From: a virus
Lineage: Duplodnaviria; Heunggongvirae; Uroviricota; Caudoviricetes
Direction: 5' to 3' (one strand)
Length of the DNA stretch: 11,159 nucleotides
Virus record (IMG/VR): IMGVR_UViG_2516143027_000007
Positions 7,980 to 11,159 of this stretch are shown piece after piece. The stretch's first letter is position 1. Each line of letters begins with the position of its first letter. The position numbers and the translations under genes are program-made. Below the pieces are notes generated by a model. That model worked only from the letters and a program-made list of their open reading frames with translations. It made no database searches and was not told the DNA's origin.

Positions 7980-8092
7980 CTCCACAAAATGGGGACATCA
8001 AAGAAAAGCAGTGGCACTAATTAAGACTGATGCCCTGCGGAAAAGTTCTGCGGTTGTGCAAAAAAAATTTCATTTTCAGGGCAACTTCAGTT

Positions 8093-9778
8093 TTATCCTA
8101 ATCCTGGCCATACCATGACGATGATTGTCCCTGCCAGCGTCAGCAGGACGTTGGCGATTGCATAGGTGCCCGCATAGCCCAGCGCCGGGATGTTACTGCG
8201 AGCTGTATCACTGATGATCTCCATTGCCGGCGCGCAGGTGCGTGCGCCCATCATTGCGCCGAACAACAGTGCGCGGTTCATTCGCAATACATAAGCACCG
8301 AACAAGAAACAGATAACCACTGGCACAAGACTGACAATCAATCCGGCAATCAACATCTGACCGCCAATCGCGCCCAGGCCGTTATTAATACCGCTACCGG
8401 CGCTCAGACCAACGCCTGCCATAAACACCATTAAGCCGAACTCTTTCACCATGCTTAATGCACCCTGCGGAATGTAACCGAAGGTCGGGTGGTTAGCGCG
8501 CATAAAGCCCAGCATAATTCCGGCGAATAACAACCCGGCAGCGTTCCCCATGCCGAAACTGAATGTGCTGAACTGGAAGGTGATCATCCCGATCATCAGC
8601 CCAATAACAAAGAAGGCGCAGAATGCCAGCAAGTCAGTGACCTGGCTGTGAATCGAGATAAAGCCGATGCGATCGGCGATGGTTTTTACGCGACGGGCAT
8701 CGCCGCTGACTTGTAAAACGTCACCTTTGTTAAGCACGACGTTGTCATCTATCGGCATCTCAATCTGGCTACGAATGACGCGGTTAAGGAAGCAACCGTG
8801 ATCGGTCAACTTCAGTTGTGCGAGACGTTTGCCAACGGCGTTATGGTTTTTAACGACCACTTCTTCAGTGACGATACGCATGTCGAGAAGGTCACGATCG
8901 AAAACTTCTTTGCCGTTACGGAAGCTGGGATCGAGTCGTGCGTGGGCGTCGGGATAGCCTACCAACGCTATTTCATCGCCCATTTGTAGCACAGCATCAC
9001 CGTCTGGATTTGCCAGAATCCCGTTACGTCGAATACGTTCAATGTAGCAGCCAGTTTGTCGATAAATACCCAGTTCACGCAGATTTTTGCCGTCGGTCCA
9101 GGCCACCAGCTCCGGGCCGACGCGGTAGGCGCGGATCACCGGTAAATAAACCTTACGGTTGGCATCAGTGTCCAGGCCACGTTCGCGGGCGATTTGCTGG
9201 GCGCTGGTCTGTAAGTCCTGATGCTGCAATTTCGGCAAGTAACGCGCACCAACAATCAAACTCACCAGACCGATTAAATAGGTTAAGGCATACCCGAGGC
9301 TCAGATTATCCAGTGCCAGTGAGAGCTGCCTGCTTTCCATGCCGGAATGACGCAGTGTATCGCCAGCACCGACCAGAACCGGTGTCGACGTCATAGAGCC
9401 AGCTAACATACCGGCCGTCAGGCCAATATCCCAGCCAAACAGCTTACCTAACCCTAAGGCGATCACCAGCGCACTGCCAACCATCACCAGTGCTAACATT
9501 AGGTAATTTTTCCCATCGCGAAAAAAAATGGAAAAAAAGTTCGGTCCGGCTTCGACCCCGACGCAGAAAATAAACAGCATAAAGCCAAGATTAAGCGCGT
9601 CGGTGTTAATGCTGAAATGTTGTTGGCCTAATAACAGCGATACGACTAAAACGCCAATGGAATTACCCAGTTGGATCGAACCAAGTCGTAATTTCCCGAG
9701 ACATAGCCCAAGCGCGAGGACCACAAATAATAACAGAATGTAATTCCCATTTAACAATTCGGCGACGTTTATATTCAC
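8093..9778 (-). CDS. ybjL: Putative transporter YbjL (AAE / YidE-YbjL family with central RCK_C/TrkA-C domains), 561 aa
   Basis: 561-aa polytopic membrane protein beginning [24 protein letters not shown], matching E. coli YbjL in length and N-terminus as I recall it; hydrophobic N- and C-terminal halves flank a soluble middle. GTG start at 9776-9778 with no obvious SD. Confidence 0.88.
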
Positions 9779-10047
9779 GGAGGCTAACTTCTTGTTTACT
9801 AGTAAGCTGTTGAAAGAAATGGTAATTTACGATAATGTTTTTTACCAGAATTCAGGGCGCAGATTCATTCAGCGCACCTAAACGATAGTAAAGTAACAAT
9901 ATATTTTACTAGTGTAATCACATTAGGTATCAACGGCTATATGAATTGCGTTGGCCTATATTAGCATGGAATGCGAAGCGGCTTTATCTTACTGAACGCC
10001 ACACTGGCGAAAAATGTGTTCGATAGACGCAGTGTCAGGAGGAACGA
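9779..10047. promoter_or_regulatory. AT-rich divergent intergenic region presumably holding the ybjL and ybjM promoters
   Basis: 269 bp between two divergently oriented starts; no specific hexamers assigned. Confidence 0.3.
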
Positions 10048-10425
10048 GTGAAACATAAACAACGTTGGGCGGGGGCAATCTGCTGTTTTGTCCTCTTCAT
10101 TGTGGTGTGTCTTTTTCTGGCGACGCACATGAAAGGCGCTTTTCGGGCTGCCGGGCATCCTGAAATCGGTTTGCTATTTTTCATTCTTCCTGGTGCAGTT
10201 GCCAGCTTCTTTTCACATCGTAGAGAAGTCCTGAAACCTCTGTTTGGCGCAATGCTGGCGGCACCCTGTTCGATGCTCATTATGCGGCTGTTTTTTTCAC
10301 CGACGCGCTCATTCTGGCAAGAGCTGGCATGGTTATTAAGTGCGGTGTTCTGGTGTGCGCTGGGGGCATTGTGTTTCTTATTTATCAGTAGTTTGTTTAA
10401 ACCACAGCACAGAAAAAATCAATAA
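10048..10425 (+). CDS. ybjM: Inner membrane protein YbjM, 125 aa (GTG start)
   Basis: SD caggagga at 10035-10042 precedes GTG 10048; small, strongly hydrophobic protein MKHKQRWAGAICCFVLFIVVCLFL; conserved position between ybjL and grxA. Confidence 0.85.
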   Translation: MKHKQRWAGAICCFVLFIVVCLFLATHMKGAFRAAGHPEIGLLFFILPGAVASFFSHRREVLKPLFGAMLAAPCSMLIMRLFFSPTRSFWQELAWLLSAVFWCALGALCFLFISSLFKPQHRKNQ

Positions 10426-10445
10426 AGCCCTCAACGCGAGGGCTT
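10410..10445 (-). terminator. Intrinsic terminator of grxA (minus strand), overlapping the 3' end and stop of ybjM
   Basis: 8-bp stem AAGCCCTC (10425-10432) / GAGGGCTT (10438-10445), loop AACGC, 10 nt after the grxA stop. On the minus strand it is followed by UUAUUGAUUUUUUC; on the plus strand the tail is not U-rich, so it looks mainly unidirectional. Confidence 0.65.
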
Positions 10446-10454
10446 GTCAGACGA

Positions 10455-10712
10455 TCAGGCGTCCAGATTCTCTTTCGCCCATGCAGCAAAATCGGTATAG
10501 CCGCCGATATGTTGCTGATCGACAAAAATCTGCGGCACGGTTTCTACGGGTTTACCTGCCTTTTGTTGTAGATCTTCTTTAGTGATCCCTTCCGCACGAA
10601 TATCTACATACTGATACTGGAAATCATCGCGTTCATTGCTCAATTTCTCAGCCAGATCTTTTGCACGCACACAGTAAGGGCAACCCGGACGACCAAAAAT
10701 AACGGTTTGCAT
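10455..10712 (-). CDS. grxA: Glutaredoxin 1, 85 aa
   Basis: MQTVIFGRPGCPYCVRAKDLAEKL contains the CPYC active site and matches E. coli Grx1. Start placed at ATG 10712-10710, not the 90-aa ORF start at 10727: the upstream ATG is immediately followed by AGGAGA, which serves as SD 6 nt before the chosen ATG. Confidence 0.9.
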   Translation of the reverse strand: MQTVIFGRPGCPYCVRAKDLAEKLSNERDDFQYQYVDIRAEGITKEDLQQKAGKPVETVPQIFVDQQHIGGYTDFAAWAKENLDA

Positions 10713-10871
10713 TATTTCTCTCCTCATAGATTTATGCCTGTAATGATCACGCTAAAATGTATTCGCTGAAAGTAGGTTTAACCTGTTGCATTAATTGATA
10801 AAAGCTATAACTGTTAAACACAATACAGTGAAAAGTTTTAGACTGAAGGCTCACTTTGCAGAGGGAAGCGT
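10713..10871. promoter_or_regulatory. Divergent grxA / ybjC-nfsA control region (in E. coli K-12 grxA is OxyR-activated and ybjC-nfsA is SoxS/MarA-activated)
   Basis: 159-bp AT-rich spacer between divergent starts. The regulatory assignment is from established E. coli knowledge; individual OxyR or mar/sox boxes were not confidently located by eye. Confidence 0.5.
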
Positions 10872-11159
10872 ATGCGCGCGATCGGTAAATTGCCTAAAAG
10901 CGTGTTGATACTGGAATTTATCGGAATGATGTTGCTGGCGGTGGCGCTGCTGTCGGTAAGCGACTCCCTGTCGCTACCTGAGCCATTTTCTCGGCCAGAA
11001 GTGCAGATTCTGATGATTTTTCTCGGTGTTTTGCTCATGCTTCCCGCTGCGGTGGTGGTTATTCTTCAGGTGGCAAAACGTCTTGCCCCACAGCTGATGA
11101 ACCATCCACCGCAATATTCACGTTCAGAAAGAGAAAAAGATAATGACGCCAACCATTGA
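10872..11159 (+). CDS. ybjC: Small membrane protein YbjC (DUF1418), 95 aa
   Basis: MRAIGKLPKSVLILEFIGMMLLAVALL with two hydrophobic segments; conserved position after grxA; stop TGA at 11157-11159. Confidence 0.85.
   Translation: MRAIGKLPKSVLILEFIGMMLLAVALLSVSDSLSLPEPFSRPEVQILMIFLGVLLMLPAAVVVILQVAKRLAPQLMNHPPQYSRSEREKDNDANH
11143..11159 (+). CDS. nfsA: 5' end of nfsA (oxygen-insensitive NADPH nitroreductase), truncated by the window edge
   Basis: ATG ACG CCA ACC ATT GA = MTPTI(E), matching the NfsA N-terminus as I recall it, in a different frame overlapping the last 17 nt of ybjC, preceded by purine-rich agaaagagaaaaaga. Only 5 codons visible. Confidence 0.5.

Noticed and set aside
7857-8092. 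P2 attP 27-bp core or a tRNA 3' end as the integration target
   Set aside because: I could not find a match to the P2 core as I remember it, nor a tRNA-like sequence; the attR position is left unresolved rather than guessed.
7963-8115. Roughly 50-aa + strand ORF starting inside the terminator hairpin and running into the ybjL 3' end
   Set aside because: No SD, the start codon lies in a stable stem, and it overlaps the convergent ybjL coding end; most likely a chance ORF.
8798-9743. + strand ORFs inside ybjL (8798-8989, 8938-9396, 9528-9743)
   Set aside because: Antisense to a full-length conserved transporter gene; no supporting signals.
9961-10582. ORFs overlapping ybjM and grxA (9961-10158 -, 10035-10280 -, 10340-10582 +) and 10838-11038 - opposite ybjC
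   Set aside because: Antisense or alternate-frame to conserved host genes; no SD sequences.
10728-10871. Specific mar/sox box and OxyR site calls in the grxA-ybjC spacer
   Set aside because: Several partial matches (GCAT…ATAAAA near 10788-10806; ATAG/CTAT elements), but none fits the consensus well enough by eye to assign coordinates; only the region is reported.
1-11159. Search for an undescribed defence or accessory system (orphan multi-gene cassette, toxin-antitoxin pair, moron)
   Set aside because: Every ORF of plausible size is accounted for by a collinear P2 tail gene or a conserved E. coli gene. Intergenic gaps are 142, 54, 90, 236, 269, 29 and 159 bp and hold only promoter, terminator or hairpin signals. 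The classical P2 cargo hotspot (Z/fun position) is filled by the invertase. I do not want to invent a system the sequence does not support.
1-11159. CRISPR arrays, tRNA or rRNA genes
   Set aside because: No regularly spaced direct repeats of 25-40 bp and no tRNA-like T-arm/acceptor pattern; the only periodic signal is the in-frame repeat inside T.

Overview
The window holds the right arm of a P2-like prophage (1 to about 7900) joined to E. coli core chromosome (about 7900 to 11159). The prophage part is, all on the + strand: a complete Gin/Pin/Cin-family DNA invertase, an Ogr-type late promoter (TGT-N12-ACA), tail sheath FI, tail tube FII, chaperone E with its -1 frameshift extension E', a 1025-aa tape measure T, tail proteins U and D, and the zinc-finger late activator Ogr. 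The host part is ybjL (-), ybjM (+), grxA (-), ybjC (+) and the first 17 nt of nfsA (+). All identifications come from reading the supplied translations against remembered protein families and from motifs counted directly in the sequence; no database search was run. I found no CRISPR array, no tRNA or rRNA gene, and no convincing candidate for an undescribed system. The most accessory-like spots are the invertase at the left edge (sitting where P2 carries its Z/fun hotspot) and the 236-bp ogr-ybjL junction, and neither contains an unexplained gene. The points most worth a second look are the E/E' slippery site, the regular 21-22-residue proline periodicity in the tape measure, a GC-rich hairpin between FII and E, and the unresolved attR.
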